Source of the DNA: a virus
DNA: 64,000 bases
Strand: one strand, 5' to 3'
Virus record (IMG/VR): IMGVR_UViG_3300008954_000003
Location: 95,630 to 159,629 of that record
Every line of letters begins with the position of its first letter. Within the stretch, counting starts at the first letter, position 1. This document shows, in pieces, positions 20,029 to 29,910 of this stretch. Position numbers and translations under genes: made by a program. The notes beneath the pieces are model-generated. The model saw nothing but the letters and a program-made list of their open reading frames with translations, was not told the origin of the DNA and did not search any database.

Positions 20029-20502
20029 ATGAGTGAGGATTATATTTGGGACGACGGTTATGAGGAAATGGACGATGACGAATATGAAGAATGGCTTCTC
20101 GGTTACGATGAGGACTTGGAGCGACAAAATCTTGTTTTTGTCTATGGTTCTTTGATGAGCGGGATGGGAAACCATGGCCTTATGGAACATGAAGAAGCAA
20201 AATTTGTTGAAGAAACTTTTACAAAAGACAATTTCATTATGAAGGATCTTGGTTACTTCCCAGCAGCAAGCAAAGACAAGTCTGGTGTTCCAATAAAAGG
20301 TGAAGTTTACGATGTCGATATCGAAGCGATGATTTCTCTTGATCAGCTTGAAGGGCATCCAAATTTTTATGAAAGAATCAAGGTGCCCCTTGAAAACAAT
20401 ATGGAAGCTTGGATGTATCTTGTTCCAAGAGATCGGATTATGGGAATTAAAATTGAATCTGGTGACTGGCGACAATATGCCAAAGAAAGAGGACTTAAAT
20501 GA
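20029..20502 (+). CDS. Gamma-glutamylcyclotransferase (AIG2-like)
   Basis: VFVYGSL, GEVY, LD.LEG.P..Y.R, SGDW. Confidence 0.9.
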   Translation: MSEDYIWDDGYEEMDDDEYEEWLLGYDEDLERQNLVFVYGSLMSGMGNHGLMEHEEAKFVEETFTKDNFIMKDLGYFPAASKDKSGVPIKGEVYDVDIEAMISLDQLEGHPNFYERIKVPLENNMEAWMYLVPRDRIMGIKIESGDWRQYAKERGLK

Positions 20503-20744
20503 AGAATGATATTGAAATGTTGAACCTCGCCGACGCCCTTGACCGGGCGCAGGCTGAGATCGCGAAGTTGCGCGTCATCGAGGCGGCAAACCGGCGCTGG
20601 CGACAGCAGGTTATCAGCGCCTGTAATGACGACGAGCCCTGCCGCCACTTTGGCGGCGAACTGCACGCTGACGGCACCTGCTATGTGTGCGGTCGCGTTC
20701 CGCCGACTGCGGCAGACGCCACGCTGGAGGCCCGAGATGACTAG
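20499..20744 (+). CDS. Hypothetical protein (island ORF1)
   Basis: ATGA-coupled; C-H-CxxC residues. Confidence 0.6.
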   Translation: MKNDIEMLNLADALDRAQAEIAKLRVIEAANRRWRQQVISACNDDEPCRHFGGELHADGTCYVCGRVPPTAADATLEARDD

Positions 20745-21222
20745 CAAACTGACACGTCAGATCGAAACCACCGCCCAGCAGACCCCGTGTCCCGCTGCCG
20801 TGGAATGGCTCGGCCGACGCCGGAGTCCCACACGGGCGTGGCGCGACTGCCAGCGCGGCGACTGGATGCTGTGGCTGCTCGGTCATTCTGGCGGTGACCA
20901 CCGGACACTGGTGCTGGCCGCGTGCGACTGCGCGGAGCTGGCGCTGGTGCATGTACCGGAGGGTGAGGAACGACCGAGGCGAGCGATCGAGACTGCCAGG
21001 GCGTGGGCTCGCGGTGACGACGGGGTGTCACTGCGGGATGTGCGGGCAGCCTATGCCGCCGCCTATGCCGCCGCCGATGCCGCCTATGCCGCCGCCGATG
21101 CCGCCTATGCCGCCGCCTATGCCGCCGATGCCGCCGCCGCCGCCCGCGCAGAGACGCACGCCCAGTGCGCCGACATCGTGCGCCGGCATTTTCCCGACCC
21201 GCCTGCGCTGGGAGGTGAGTGA
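20737..21222 (+). CDS. Ala-repeat protein (Imm5-like N-terminal domain)
   Basis: W..C.RGDWMLW, ACDCAE, RPRRAIETARAW followed by AAYAAADAA repeats; GGAGG RBS. Confidence 0.7.
   Translation: MTSKLTRQIETTAQQTPCPAAVEWLGRRRSPTRAWRDCQRGDWMLWLLGHSGGDHRTLVLAACDCAELALVHVPEGEERPRRAIETARAWARGDDGVSLRDVRAAYAAAYAAADAAYAAADAAYAAAYAADAAAAARAETHAQCADIVRRHFPDPPALGGE
21049..21142 (+). repeat. GCC-rich repeat (GCCTATGCCGCC/GCCGATGCC)n
   Basis: Visible tandem low-complexity repeat encoding AYAA/ADAA. Confidence 0.9.
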
Positions 21223-21455
21223 TGGGTGAGCACCCACGATGCCCGCGCTGCGGTGGTCCTGTCGTCTCGGCCATGATGACCAGCAATGCCATCGAGGCAG
21301 ACGGCAGCAAGCTGAAATACCCCTATCGAAACCGCACGCTGTACTACGCACCCGCCGCCTTGTCGGTCTACTGCTGCAACGCTGATTGCAACTACGATGC
21401 GCCGCTGGCGTCCATCCCATACCCGCCACGGGAGGCCCGAGATGAAACCGACTGA
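21222..21455 (+). CDS. Small Zn-ribbon-like protein (island ORF3)
   Basis: CPRC...CCNADC; GGAGGT RBS. Confidence 0.55.
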   Translation: MGEHPRCPRCGGPVVSAMMTSNAIEADGSKLKYPYRNRTLYYAPAALSVYCCNADCNYDAPLASIPYPPREARDETD

Positions 21456-21603
21456 GATCGAGCAGATGGACATCGTTGAGCGACTCTTGGAGCCAACCAA
21501 ATGCTCCGCAGCACGGTGCGAGAATCTCATGGACGCAGCCCACGAAGCCATCGTCCGCACACTCGACCCAGAAAAACAAAAGGAACAAAATGAAAAAGAA
21601 TAG
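21442..21603 (+). CDS. Small hypothetical protein (island ORF4)
   Basis: GGAGG RBS, DIVERL motif. Confidence 0.5.
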   Translation: MKPTEIEQMDIVERLLEPTKCSAARCENLMDAAHEAIVRTLDPEKQKEQNEKE

Positions 21604-22564
21604 AGTACTGATTATAGATGGCCTCAATAGCTACTACAGATCACTTATTGTAAATCCCACACTCACCCCCAACGGCTTACCTGTCGGGGGTGTTGTTGGT
21701 TTTTTAAAAACAATGCAAGTCTTTTTAAGAGAGATACGACCAGACCATATTATTGTTTGTTGGGATGGCCCCGGAGGGTCACAGAAACGACGAGCAATGA
21801 GCAGTGGTTATAAAGAGGGCCGCAAACCAATGCGGTTTAACAGAAGAGAAGTCCAGCTAACACCTGAACAGGAAGATGAAAACAAACTGTGGCAGCAGAC
21901 ACACCTTATTGAATACCTGAGTAACATGCCACTGACACAGTTCATCTTTGATGGTATCGAAGCTGATGATATCATTGCATCTGTTATAAAAGAGTATCCC
22001 GGATGGGAAAAAGTTATTGTGTCAAGCGACAAAGATTTTTTCCAGTTGGCCGATGAAGAGACAATCATTTACCGCCCTATTCAAAAGAAGTTTGTCTCAA
22101 GAAAAACTCTTGTTGAAGATTTTAAAATTCACCCAACAAACTTTGCATTGGCAAAGGCGATTGTTGGCGATAAGAGCGATAATGTTGAGGGTATCCGTGG
22201 GGCAGGGTTCACAACCCTTGCAAAGAAGATCCCCCTCTTCATCGAAGAGGACACAAAGACAATCACAGACATTGTTCAGTTTTGCAAGGACTATGAAGGC
22301 AAGCTGAAACTCTTTGATAAGATTGTTGAACAGGAAGAGAAAATCAAAGAGAACTATAAGATTGTGCAGTTATATTCACCTCTTGTATCTGGTGGGGTGA
22401 GAATGAAAATCAGAAATTTGCTGTCAAAGTATCCGTTCGATCTTAACAAGACACAAATTACAAAAATGATGATCCTTGACGGGATCGCCCAGTACAACTG
22501 GACAGGCATGTTCGCAAATTTGCAAAACATTTCATACAACAAGACACCATTCAGATCGTCTTGA
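21590..22564 (+). CDS. 5'-3' exonuclease / flap endonuclease (T4 RNase H-like)
   Basis: LIIDG, WDG, YK.GR, EADD, SSDKDF.Q, GD.SDN..G. Confidence 0.95.
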   Translation: MKKNRVLIIDGLNSYYRSLIVNPTLTPNGLPVGGVVGFLKTMQVFLREIRPDHIIVCWDGPGGSQKRRAMSSGYKEGRKPMRFNRREVQLTPEQEDENKLWQQTHLIEYLSNMPLTQFIFDGIEADDIIASVIKEYPGWEKVIVSSDKDFFQLADEETIIYRPIQKKFVSRKTLVEDFKIHPTNFALAKAIVGDKSDNVEGIRGAGFTTLAKKIPLFIEEDTKTITDIVQFCKDYEGKLKLFDKIVEQEEKIKENYKIVQLYSPLVSGGVRMKIRNLLSKYPFDLNKTQITKMMILDGIAQYNWTGMFANLQNISYNKTPFRSS

Positions 22565-22589
22565 CTAGAACACTCAGATTCAGTATAAT
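22561..22589 (+). promoter_or_regulatory. sigma70 promoter TTGACT-N17-TATAAT
   Basis: Near-consensus, upstream of helicase. Confidence 0.85.
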
Positions 22590-22612
22590 ATCCAACACAC
22601 AGGAGGGAGATA

Positions 22613-23998
22613 ATGGACTTCGACCAAAAGGTTGATTTTTCACGTTTTGGAAAGCTCTTTCAAGAGAAGCTTGTTCACATTATGTATCAGGATCGCCCTT
22701 TTTGCGATCAATTTCGAGAGGTTCTTGATGTTAACTTTCTTGAACTGAAACATCTGCAAGTTTTTGTTTTGAAACTGCTCGATTATAAAGACAAATATAG
22801 CACACACCCGTCAGATTCAGCAATGATCACGATGTTGCGTGCAGATCTTGACGATGAAAACGAAGCAACACAAAAAATGGTGCGTGAATATTTTGCGAGA
22901 TGCCTTGCGAACAAGGCGATTGAAGATGAAATGTTCATCAAAGAGACGGCGCTTGACTTTTGCAAGAAGCAGAAGCTCAAGACTGCCCTCATAAAGTCCG
23001 CACAATTGCTTCAGAAGGCTTCGTTTGATGAAATCAGTTCCCTCATCGGGGAAGCACTCAAACTCGGCATGAACAACGATATAGGCTATGATTACATCAA
23101 AGACTTTGAGCAGAGATATATGATGAAGTCGAGAAACCCCATCACAACAGGCTGGGATCTTGTTGATAAGCTGACAAAGGGTGGTCATGGCAAGGGAGAA
23201 CTTGGCGTTGTCATTGCTCCAACAGGAGCAGGTAAATCTATGGCCCTTGTTCATCTTGGTGCCGCTGCATTGAAGGCGGGCAAATCCATTGTTCATTATA
23301 CAATGGAACTCAGTGAAACTGTTATCGGAACACGTTACGATGCGTGTTTGACAAACTATTCTTTGAAAGATTTGTTTACATTTAAAGAAGATGTGTTCGA
23401 TGAAGTTAAGAAGTACAAAGACAAGCTTATTATCAAGGAATATCCAACAAAGAAGGCGACAACAGCAACGTTGAGAAATCATCTTGAAAAACTCAAGAAT
23501 ATCAACCACGATGTTGATCTTGTCATTGTTGATTATGGCGATCTGTTAAGACCGATCAAGGTGTACCGTGAAAAACGCATGGAACTTGAGACAATCTATG
23601 AGGATTTGAGAGGCATCGCACAGGAACTTGAGTGCCCTGTGTGGACGGCTTCACAGACAAACAGATCCGGCCTCAATGCTGAAGTTATTACAATGGAAAG
23701 CATTGCAGAAGCATTTAGCAAGTGTTATGTTGCCGATCTTATTCTCACACTGTCGAGAACAATTGAAGATAAGAACGCCAATGGTGGTCGTGTTTTCATT
23801 GCGAAAAATCGTAACGGTCCTGATGGCTTGGTGTATCCTGTTTTCATGGACACAGCCTCAATTAGGATTGAGGTTCTTGAACCAACAGGTGAAACAGTTG
23901 AAGACATAAAAGAGAATGCTTTGAAGAAACAAAAGAATCGTATCAAAGAATTATATAAAGATTTCAAAAAGAATGGAGGTGATAAGGATGAAGAGTGA
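22613..23998 (+). CDS. Replicative DNA helicase (DnaB/gp41-like)
   Basis: APTGAGKS, TMEL, IIKEYPT, VDYGD, WTASQTNR, KNRNGP. Confidence 0.95.
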   Translation: MDFDQKVDFSRFGKLFQEKLVHIMYQDRPFCDQFREVLDVNFLELKHLQVFVLKLLDYKDKYSTHPSDSAMITMLRADLDDENEATQKMVREYFARCLANKAIEDEMFIKETALDFCKKQKLKTALIKSAQLLQKASFDEISSLIGEALKLGMNNDIGYDYIKDFEQRYMMKSRNPITTGWDLVDKLTKGGHGKGELGVVIAPTGAGKSMALVHLGAAALKAGKSIVHYTMELSETVIGTRYDACLTNYSLKDLFTFKEDVFDEVKKYKDKLIIKEYPTKKATTATLRNHLEKLKNINHDVDLVIVDYGDLLRPIKVYREKRMELETIYEDLRGIAQELECPVWTASQTNRSGLNAEVITMESIAEAFSKCYVADLILTLSRTIEDKNANGGRVFIAKNRNGPDGLVYPVFMDTASIRIEVLEPTGETVEDIKENALKKQKNRIKELYKDFKKNGGDKDEE

Positions 23999-24215
23999 TT
24001 ATGTTGTGCCAGTGTTTCTTGTGCTGTTTATTAGTGCGATACTTATTGGAAGCGGGTTCCTCATAAAAAGAGATGCGGATTGGTCCGTTAAGTGTGCAGA
24101 AATATGTATGCCAGATCCCCACACTAAGATAAACTTCAGCGAAGTAAAGCACTGTGTTTGTTTTAAGGATGGCGTCTGGCATCCAAAAGATTGGTTGGGG
24201 GGTGAAAATGAGTGA
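23988..24215 (+). CDS. Small membrane protein, TM-CxxxC-CxC family
   Basis: N-terminal TM followed by CAEIC...CVC. Confidence 0.6.
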   Translation: MKSDYVVPVFLVLFISAILIGSGFLIKRDADWSVKCAEICMPDPHTKINFSEVKHCVCFKDGVWHPKDWLGGENE

Positions 24216-24561
24216 CAAGAAGGATATCATTGTGGACCTCAAAGCGGTTGCCAGACAACAACGGTATTTTTCCAAGAAAGAGAAGATATGGACAGCGGTT
24301 GTTTGTGATGATGCTGTGTCTGAAATTGAAAGACTCAAAAAAGAGGTCAAAAGACTTCAAGGTGTTGTAGATGTGCTTGAACGCGAAAGCGCGTTTAAAA
24401 TAAAACTGAGAGGTGTAAGAAGGTTGGAGTTTAGTTCTGTCGGCGACGAGTTTAAAGTCGATCCAATGTACTTTGGCAGTTGCCCTGTTTGTATGTCTGT
24501 TCCGACACCAACAGCTTCGCTTTGTAAGGATTGCGAAAAGGATATTGCAAATGAGTATTAA
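24208..24561 (+). CDS. Hypothetical protein with C-terminal CxxC..CxxC
   Basis: Coupled ORF. Confidence 0.55.
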   Translation: MSDKKDIIVDLKAVARQQRYFSKKEKIWTAVVCDDAVSEIERLKKEVKRLQGVVDVLERESAFKIKLRGVRRLEFSSVGDEFKVDPMYFGSCPVCMSVPTPTASLCKDCEKDIANEY

Positions 24562-24733
24562 AAAATTGATTATATTTGCGGCACTGTTGTTGTTCTCTTG
24601 TTCATCGGCACCTGTTGCCTCTGCGAAGGGCTGTTGTTCACATCATGGTGGTATCGTTGGCTGCTCTTTTGGGAAGTTCAAGTGTTATGACGGGACGTAT
24701 AGTATGACTTGCAAATGTGGAGATAAAAAATGA
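24551..24733 (+). CDS. Small secreted/lipoprotein with GCCSHHGG motif
   Basis: Signal peptide with LFSC lipobox-like site; Cys-rich GCCSHHGG. Confidence 0.6.
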   Translation: MSIKKLIIFAALLLFSCSSAPVASAKGCCSHHGGIVGCSFGKFKCYDGTYSMTCKCGDKK

Positions 24734-24841
24734 ATCTTAAAAAAACATACGTTTATAGAACGGCAATGACATTGATATGGAGAGCTGCGTATCGTACATA
24801 TTGCTGGGCTGAAGATAGAAGGCCGGCAGGAGGGTGGTTGA

Positions 24842-25126
24842 ATGACTAAGCTTGTAAGAGATAAAATACCAGACTTATTCCCAGGGGGACAGTATCATAC
24901 TGCGGACGATGCAGAGTTTAGACAGCGACTCATCGACAAAGTGAAGGAAGAAGTTCAAGAGTTTGAAGAGAATCCTTGTCTTGAGGAAGCCGCTGATATA
25001 TATGAAGTTTTTATGGCAATGATAAGAGCGCACAATATGTTTTTGTCAGATGTTATTTTTGAGGCGCATAAAAAGAAATTAAGTAGGGGCGGCTTTAATA
25101 AAAAAGCTGTATGGGTGAAAGAATGA
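24842..25126 (+). CDS. MazG-like nucleoside triphosphate pyrophosphohydrolase
   Basis: KLVRDKIP, K..EE..E, EE.AD..E, RGGF. Confidence 0.85.
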   Translation: MTKLVRDKIPDLFPGGQYHTADDAEFRQRLIDKVKEEVQEFEENPCLEEAADIYEVFMAMIRAHNMFLSDVIFEAHKKKLSRGGFNKKAVWVKE

Positions 25127-25548
25127 ATATTGGAATAACAGGAAGTAGAAAAGAACCAACAGAAAAACAACAACAGGTTCTCAAAGAAAAGCTGAAAGAG
25201 GTTTGCCCCGATTGGATTCACCACGGTGATTGTCTTGGCGCAGATCGAATGGCTCATGATATTGCAGTGAGGTTTGGGATAAAGACGCACATTCATCCCC
25301 CAACTAATGGAAAATATAGAGCCTTCTGCAAGGGAGATCAAAAAGAAAAGAGATATGATTATCTTGTTAGGGATCAAAACATCGTTAACAGAAGCGAAAT
25401 GCTGATCGCAATCCCATCCCATCCAGAAACTTTGCGAAGTGGCACCTGGGCAACGGTACGAAGGGCAAGAAAAAAGGGTATAGAGATCCATATAATATGG
25501 ACAGATGGTAACATCACAATCGAAGGAGAACAAGATGAACAAAGTTGA
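25123..25548 (+). CDS. SLOG/DprA-like Rossmann-fold protein
   Basis: IGITGSR, HHGDCLGAD, R.QNIV, SGTWAT. Confidence 0.75.
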   Translation: MNIGITGSRKEPTEKQQQVLKEKLKEVCPDWIHHGDCLGADRMAHDIAVRFGIKTHIHPPTNGKYRAFCKGDQKEKRYDYLVRDQNIVNRSEMLIAIPSHPETLRSGTWATVRRARKKGIEIHIIWTDGNITIEGEQDEQS

Positions 25549-25744
25549 ATGCGGGCCGACTCATTATGAGGGCTGCTCTTGTCATGAGAAGGAAAGAAAC
25601 GACAAGATTGAAAGCCTTGAGGCAAAGAGGGCCATATTAGAAACTCAACTTGAGAAGCTAACCTTGCAGCTTCAAACACAATGGGCAAGAACACAGGTTC
25701 TTGAAAGAGAGATCGAAAGGTTACAACAAGGAGAAACAAACTAA
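25535..25744 (+). CDS. Small coiled-coil protein
   Basis: AGGAG RBS; TH..GC.C and heptad repeats. Confidence 0.55.
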   Translation: MNKVECGPTHYEGCSCHEKERNDKIESLEAKRAILETQLEKLTLQLQTQWARTQVLEREIERLQQGETN

Positions 25745-27601
25745 ATGGATATTGCAAGCAAAATTTTATCAGACATAACCGTGCATATGAAGTACGCCAA
25801 GTACATTGACGCGATCAATCGTCGTGAAGTTTGGGAAGAACTTGTTGCACGCAATAAATCGATGCACCTCAAAAAATATCCGACCCAAAAATTTGAGATT
25901 TTGAAAAATTATAAATTGGTTGAACAAAAGAAGGTTCTGCCATCGATGAGAAGCTTGCAGTTTGGCGGGAAACCTATCGAAATCAATCCAAGCAGGATTT
26001 TTAACTGTGCTTATTTGCCAATGGATCACCAACTGGCCTTTTGTGAAGTAATGTTCCTTCTTTTGGGGGGAACAGGGGTTGGTTATTCTGTTCAACGACA
26101 CCATGTTGAGAAATTGCCCGAAATTCGCAAACCAAGCGAAAAAAGAACACGGCGATATCTCATCGCTGACTCAATTGAGGGCTGGGCAGATGCGATTAAG
26201 GTTTTGACCAATTCTTACTTCAAGGGTGGCTCAAAGATTCGCTTTGATTATAGTGATATCCGCTCAAAAGGCGCAAGACTGGTCACAACAGGTGGAAAGG
26301 CCCCTGGCCCACAACCGCTAAAGGAGTGCCTTGTCAAATTGGACGGAATGCTCTCTCAAAAGGAGGAGGGTGATAAATTGACCCCAATTGAGGTTCATGA
26401 CATGGTTTGCTATATTGCAGATGCGGTGCTTGCCGGCGGAATCCGTAGAGCAGCACTAATTTCACTATTTTCAGCAGATGACAATGAAATGCTTGCTTGC
26501 AAGACAGGTGCATGGTGGGAAAAGAACCCTCAAAGAGGTCGTGCCAACAATTCTGTTGTTTTATTGAGACACCTCATAACAAGGGAGTTTTTCTTTGATT
26601 TGTGGGATCGTGTCAAAGCATCAGGTTGTGGAGAACCAGGGTTTTATTTCAGCAATGATAAAGACTGGCTTTGCAATCCATGTGCAGAGATTTCACTAAG
26701 GCCAAATCAGTTTTGTAACCTTGTTGAGGTTAACGTATCAGATGTTCAGTCTCAGGAGGAGCTTAACGAAAGAGCAAGAGCAGCAGCATTTATTGCAACA
26801 TTGCAGGCTGGATATACAGACTTTCATTATCTGCGTGATGTATGGCGTCGAACAACAGAGAAAGATGCCCTTATCGGTGTCAGCATGACAGGCATTGCAT
26901 CTGGAGGGGTTTTGACACTTGATCTAAAGCAAGCTGCAAAAATTGTTGTCGAAGAAAATAAGCGCGTTGCAGATTTAATCGGAATTAAGCCGGCTGCAAG
27001 AACAACGTGTGTTAAGCCTGCGGGAACAACGAGCCTTGTGCTTGGAACCAGTTCAGGTATCCATGCTTGGCATGATATGTACTACGTTCGTAGGACCAGG
27101 GTGGGTAAAGGGGAGGCTATATACAAGTACCTCGCAAAGAATCACCCTGAGCTTGTTGAAGACGAATACTTCAGACCACACGACACTGCAATCATTTCAG
27201 TGCCACAAAAAGCACCGGAAGGGGCAATTCTAAGATCAGAAAGCGCCTTGCAGCTTCTCAAGAGGGTCGCAAAGGTTAGCCAGGAATGGATCAAGGGAGG
27301 GCACAACAAGGGCCAAAACTCTCACAATGTATCTGCAACTATTTCCGTGAAAGATGCTGAGTGGGCCGATGTTGGTGAGTGGATGTGGGAAAACAGAAAG
27401 GTTTATAATGGCTTGGCAGTTCTTCCATACTCTGATCACACATATACCCAAGCACCTTTTGAATCTTGTTCAAAAGAAAGGTATGAAGCTCTTATGGCTT
27501 CTTTGACAAAAGTGGACCTCTTGAAGGTCGTTGAGGAAGAAGACAATACAGATCTTCAGGGCGAACTTGCATGTTCAAGTGGACAGTGCGATTTGGTGTG
27601 A
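25745..27601 (+). CDS. nrdJ: Class II (B12-dependent) ribonucleotide reductase
   Basis: FNC, GGTGVG, GGIRRAA, NPCAEI, FCNL, KPAGT, C-terminal C....C; no beta-subunit gene adjacent. Confidence 0.9.
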   Translation: MDIASKILSDITVHMKYAKYIDAINRREVWEELVARNKSMHLKKYPTQKFEILKNYKLVEQKKVLPSMRSLQFGGKPIEINPSRIFNCAYLPMDHQLAFCEVMFLLLGGTGVGYSVQRHHVEKLPEIRKPSEKRTRRYLIADSIEGWADAIKVLTNSYFKGGSKIRFDYSDIRSKGARLVTTGGKAPGPQPLKECLVKLDGMLSQKEEGDKLTPIEVHDMVCYIADAVLAGGIRRAALISLFSADDNEMLACKTGAWWEKNPQRGRANNSVVLLRHLITREFFFDLWDRVKASGCGEPGFYFSNDKDWLCNPCAEISLRPNQFCNLVEVNVSDVQSQEELNERARAAAFIATLQAGYTDFHYLRDVWRRTTEKDALIGVSMTGIASGGVLTLDLKQAAKIVVEENKRVADLIGIKPAARTTCVKPAGTTSLVLGTSSGIHAWHDMYYVRRTRVGKGEAIYKYLAKNHPELVEDEYFRPHDTAIISVPQKAPEGAILRSESALQLLKRVAKVSQEWIKGGHNKGQNSHNVSATISVKDAEWADVGEWMWENRKVYNGLAVLPYSDHTYTQAPFESCSKERYEALMASLTKVDLLKVVEEEDNTDLQGELACSSGQCDLV

Positions 27602-27608
27602 CATTTGA

Positions 27609-27616
27609 CTATTTAT
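27609..27616 (+). promoter_or_regulatory. Putative late promoter motif CTATTTAT
   Basis: Recurrent motif. Confidence 0.6.
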
Positions 27617-27631
27617 ATTGGAGAACACACC

Positions 27632-28102
27632 ATGGGCGATGACAATCAACACGCAGAACTTTTAGTTCTTTTGAAAACATTAAATGAAACTGTCGGCAAG
27701 ACGCTAACAACCGTTGAAGAGGTTAAAACATCACTTTCTGACATGAATGCGAGGGTCACATCTCTTGAAACAACAAGATCGAGTCAACAAGTTGAAGACC
27801 AAAGGTTTTGGAACCAGACATGGCCATCGCAAGAAGAGCTTATAAAAAGTGTTGAGGCAAGAGTCCAGGCCATTGAAAGAGAGCGTGTTACAATCAAGAA
27901 GTTTGAAGACATCGAAAGTAAAATAACAACAGCGGCAACACAACTAACGGTATTAAATCCGAGAATAGAAGCTGTTGAGAAAAAAGTTGATGATGTCGAC
28001 AAACTTAGTTCAAAAGTCAAAGTCATCATGGGGGCTCTCATTTTTGTCTCTACAATCATTTCATCGACAGCAACAGCATTAATCGTCAGAGCTTTAGGTT
28101 AA
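27632..28102 (+). CDS. Coiled-coil protein with C-terminal TM (possible lysis/holin-like)
   Basis: Late motif upstream, heptads, hydrophobic C-terminus. Confidence 0.5.
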   Translation: MGDDNQHAELLVLLKTLNETVGKTLTTVEEVKTSLSDMNARVTSLETTRSSQQVEDQRFWNQTWPSQEELIKSVEARVQAIERERVTIKKFEDIESKITTAATQLTVLNPRIEAVEKKVDDVDKLSSKVKVIMGALIFVSTIISSTATALIVRALG

Positions 28103-28152
28103 CATACAGCCTCAAATCGTGGTACAAACATGGGACCACAAAGGAGTTTGTT

Positions 28153-28413
28153 ATGTCTATCAAGACGAAATCGAGAAAAGAGCACATGGCCGATTACATC
28201 AGAGAATTTGCTGAGTTGGATGTTGTTTCTGAGCAATACAAAGAGAAAAAGAGAGAGTTAAAGAAATCTTATCAGTCGCAAAAATTAACTGGTGAAGATT
28301 TGCGTGTTGCATTGAAGATTTATAGGTTCTTGAAGAAGGATGAAGATTTCTATTCTTTAGTGAGTGACTATGAAAAAGTTGTCGAGCACATAAAAGAGAA
28401 GGGGGAGTTATGA
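28153..28413 (+). CDS. Small helical protein, DsbA/GapR-like DNA-binding candidate
   Basis: Pattern 'EL....E...E.K.ELK..Y....L..ALK'; AAGGAG RBS. Confidence 0.4.
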   Translation: MSIKTKSRKEHMADYIREFAELDVVSEQYKEKKRELKKSYQSQKLTGEDLRVALKIYRFLKKDEDFYSLVSDYEKVVEHIKEKGEL

Positions 28414-28500
28414 TACAAACAATTATCGTTGTTGCTTTGACCATTGCGATTATGCGTGGTTCACTGCAATTAATAAAAGAAGGACTAATGGAGGAGAGAA

Positions 28501-28779
28501 ATGAAAATCGTACCGTTCAACAGAACGCTTTTGGTGAAGTTGGAAAATTTGACGAAAAAACAAAGCGAACATTTTGGTTTTATCATACCGGAAGATCCGG
28601 TAACAGCTAAAAAGAGTCGGTTTGTTCCGGTTCGTGTTGTCGAGCAATCTGATGATTGTGAAAGAAAATGGAAAGATAAGCTTCTTCTTGTGGAGAGAGC
28701 TTTTTTGCAGAGAATAGATGTTTCAGACGAGGAACTTCATATGATCTCTGAGAATAATGTGAGAGCCCGCATATTGTGA
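28501..28779 (+). CDS. Divergent GroES-like co-chaperonin
   Basis: MKIVPFNRTLLVK...GFIIPED...V.VV...ISENNV; size 92 aa. Confidence 0.55.
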   Translation: MKIVPFNRTLLVKLENLTKKQSEHFGFIIPEDPVTAKKSRFVPVRVVEQSDDCERKWKDKLLLVERAFLQRIDVSDEELHMISENNVRARIL

Positions 28780-28788
28780 TATTCAAGA

Positions 28789-28796
28789 CTAATTAC
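28789..28796 (+). promoter_or_regulatory. Putative late promoter motif CTAATTAC
   Basis: Motif variant 4 nt before the kinase ATG. Confidence 0.55.
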
Positions 28797-28800
28797 TTGT

Positions 28801-29898
28801 ATGAATACTAATCGTTGGAAAGAATTTTTAAAAGAAAGTGAAGAGTGGGACCCCGATGATCAAAGTTTTGATGAGTTTTGGGACGATGCAGAGTGGAGGC
28901 GAGATCCCCCAGGCAATGAAGATGTAACCAAACAATTGTCAACGACAAGACCTGGAAGACCACCACACCCAGCAGAGGATCTCCCTGAAGAGCTGACAGA
29001 AACTGAAAAAAACAATGTTCATTGGATAGGGGAGTCTCCGGGGTCTGTTGAGTTCTTTAGAAGAGTTGACGCTTATGACTTCTTGAGAAACGTCAAAAAA
29101 ATTGTTCAAGATAATGAGATTTTGGGACAGGTGAAGATTATTAATTTCCTTGGTGCCGGTTCATTCGGCGCTGTATATGCCCTTGACAACGATCACGCTT
29201 TAAAGCTTTATATTGGCTCCTTTGATCCTCGTTCAGATAATTTTGATGCAGAGGCCAAGTCAGACAGACAAAGATATCAGGAAGAAACTGAAGAGATTTA
29301 TTCAGGGGAAGGCAAACAAACCAACCTTATGATTTATGAAGAGGGGGAGTTGAAGTTACCATCTTGGATTTCACATAAAGTTTTTTATGCAGAAATGCCC
29401 CAGCTTATTCCACTTGGAGATTATTTAGAATTTGAAGTGGACCAAAGAGCGAAAAAGCATGACTATTCATCAGAAGATGTTGAAGGATTAAAAGACAATC
29501 TGTGGATGCAAGTGGAAGGGGACATTCGAGCATATCAAGTGTTCTCTTATTTGGAGCAGTTATTGGAAAAACACCCTGATGACACTGCTGCGAAACTGTA
29601 TACGAGAATGATTCAACAAATCATAGGAGATGAATATTGGGGTGCGGCATTAAACCCCACATTCTTGAAACAATTGTTTCAATTCTTTGTCCTCCTGATT
29701 CAGGAGGGCCACATCTCAATTGAGGAATACCTTATAGGAAGGGCGCACCTTTTTAATAAAGAAATGGCTTTGAGCCTTTATCGACAGATAAGAAAGGTTG
29801 TTCGTGAAAAGGGACCAGCCGCCGTTGCCGATGTCAGAATAGCGAATATCGGCCTGTTGAAGCAGAATCTTTCCGTGCCAATCCTGTTTGATTATTGA
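28801..29898 (+). CDS. Protein-kinase-like protein
   Basis: LGAGSFGAVY Gly-loop, ALK lysine, D.R..N (DVRIAN) catalytic loop, terminal LFDY. Confidence 0.75.
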   Translation: MNTNRWKEFLKESEEWDPDDQSFDEFWDDAEWRRDPPGNEDVTKQLSTTRPGRPPHPAEDLPEELTETEKNNVHWIGESPGSVEFFRRVDAYDFLRNVKKIVQDNEILGQVKIINFLGAGSFGAVYALDNDHALKLYIGSFDPRSDNFDAEAKSDRQRYQEETEEIYSGEGKQTNLMIYEEGELKLPSWISHKVFYAEMPQLIPLGDYLEFEVDQRAKKHDYSSEDVEGLKDNLWMQVEGDIRAYQVFSYLEQLLEKHPDDTAAKLYTRMIQQIIGDEYWGAALNPTFLKQLFQFFVLLIQEGHISIEEYLIGRAHLFNKEMALSLYRQIRKVVREKGPAAVADVRIANIGLLKQNLSVPILFDY

Positions 29899-29910
29899 TA
29901 AAATTTGCCC

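Larger units (their letters stand above)
20525..21570. other. GC-rich horizontally acquired island
   Basis: Abrupt switch to GC-rich sequence and codons (roughly 65-70% by eye), with sharp return at ~21570. Confidence 0.9.

Noticed and set aside
20614-21627. Long minus-strand and alternate-frame ORFs (poly-P, RRH, GGI repeats)
   Set aside because: Shadows of the GC-rich Ala-repeat gene.
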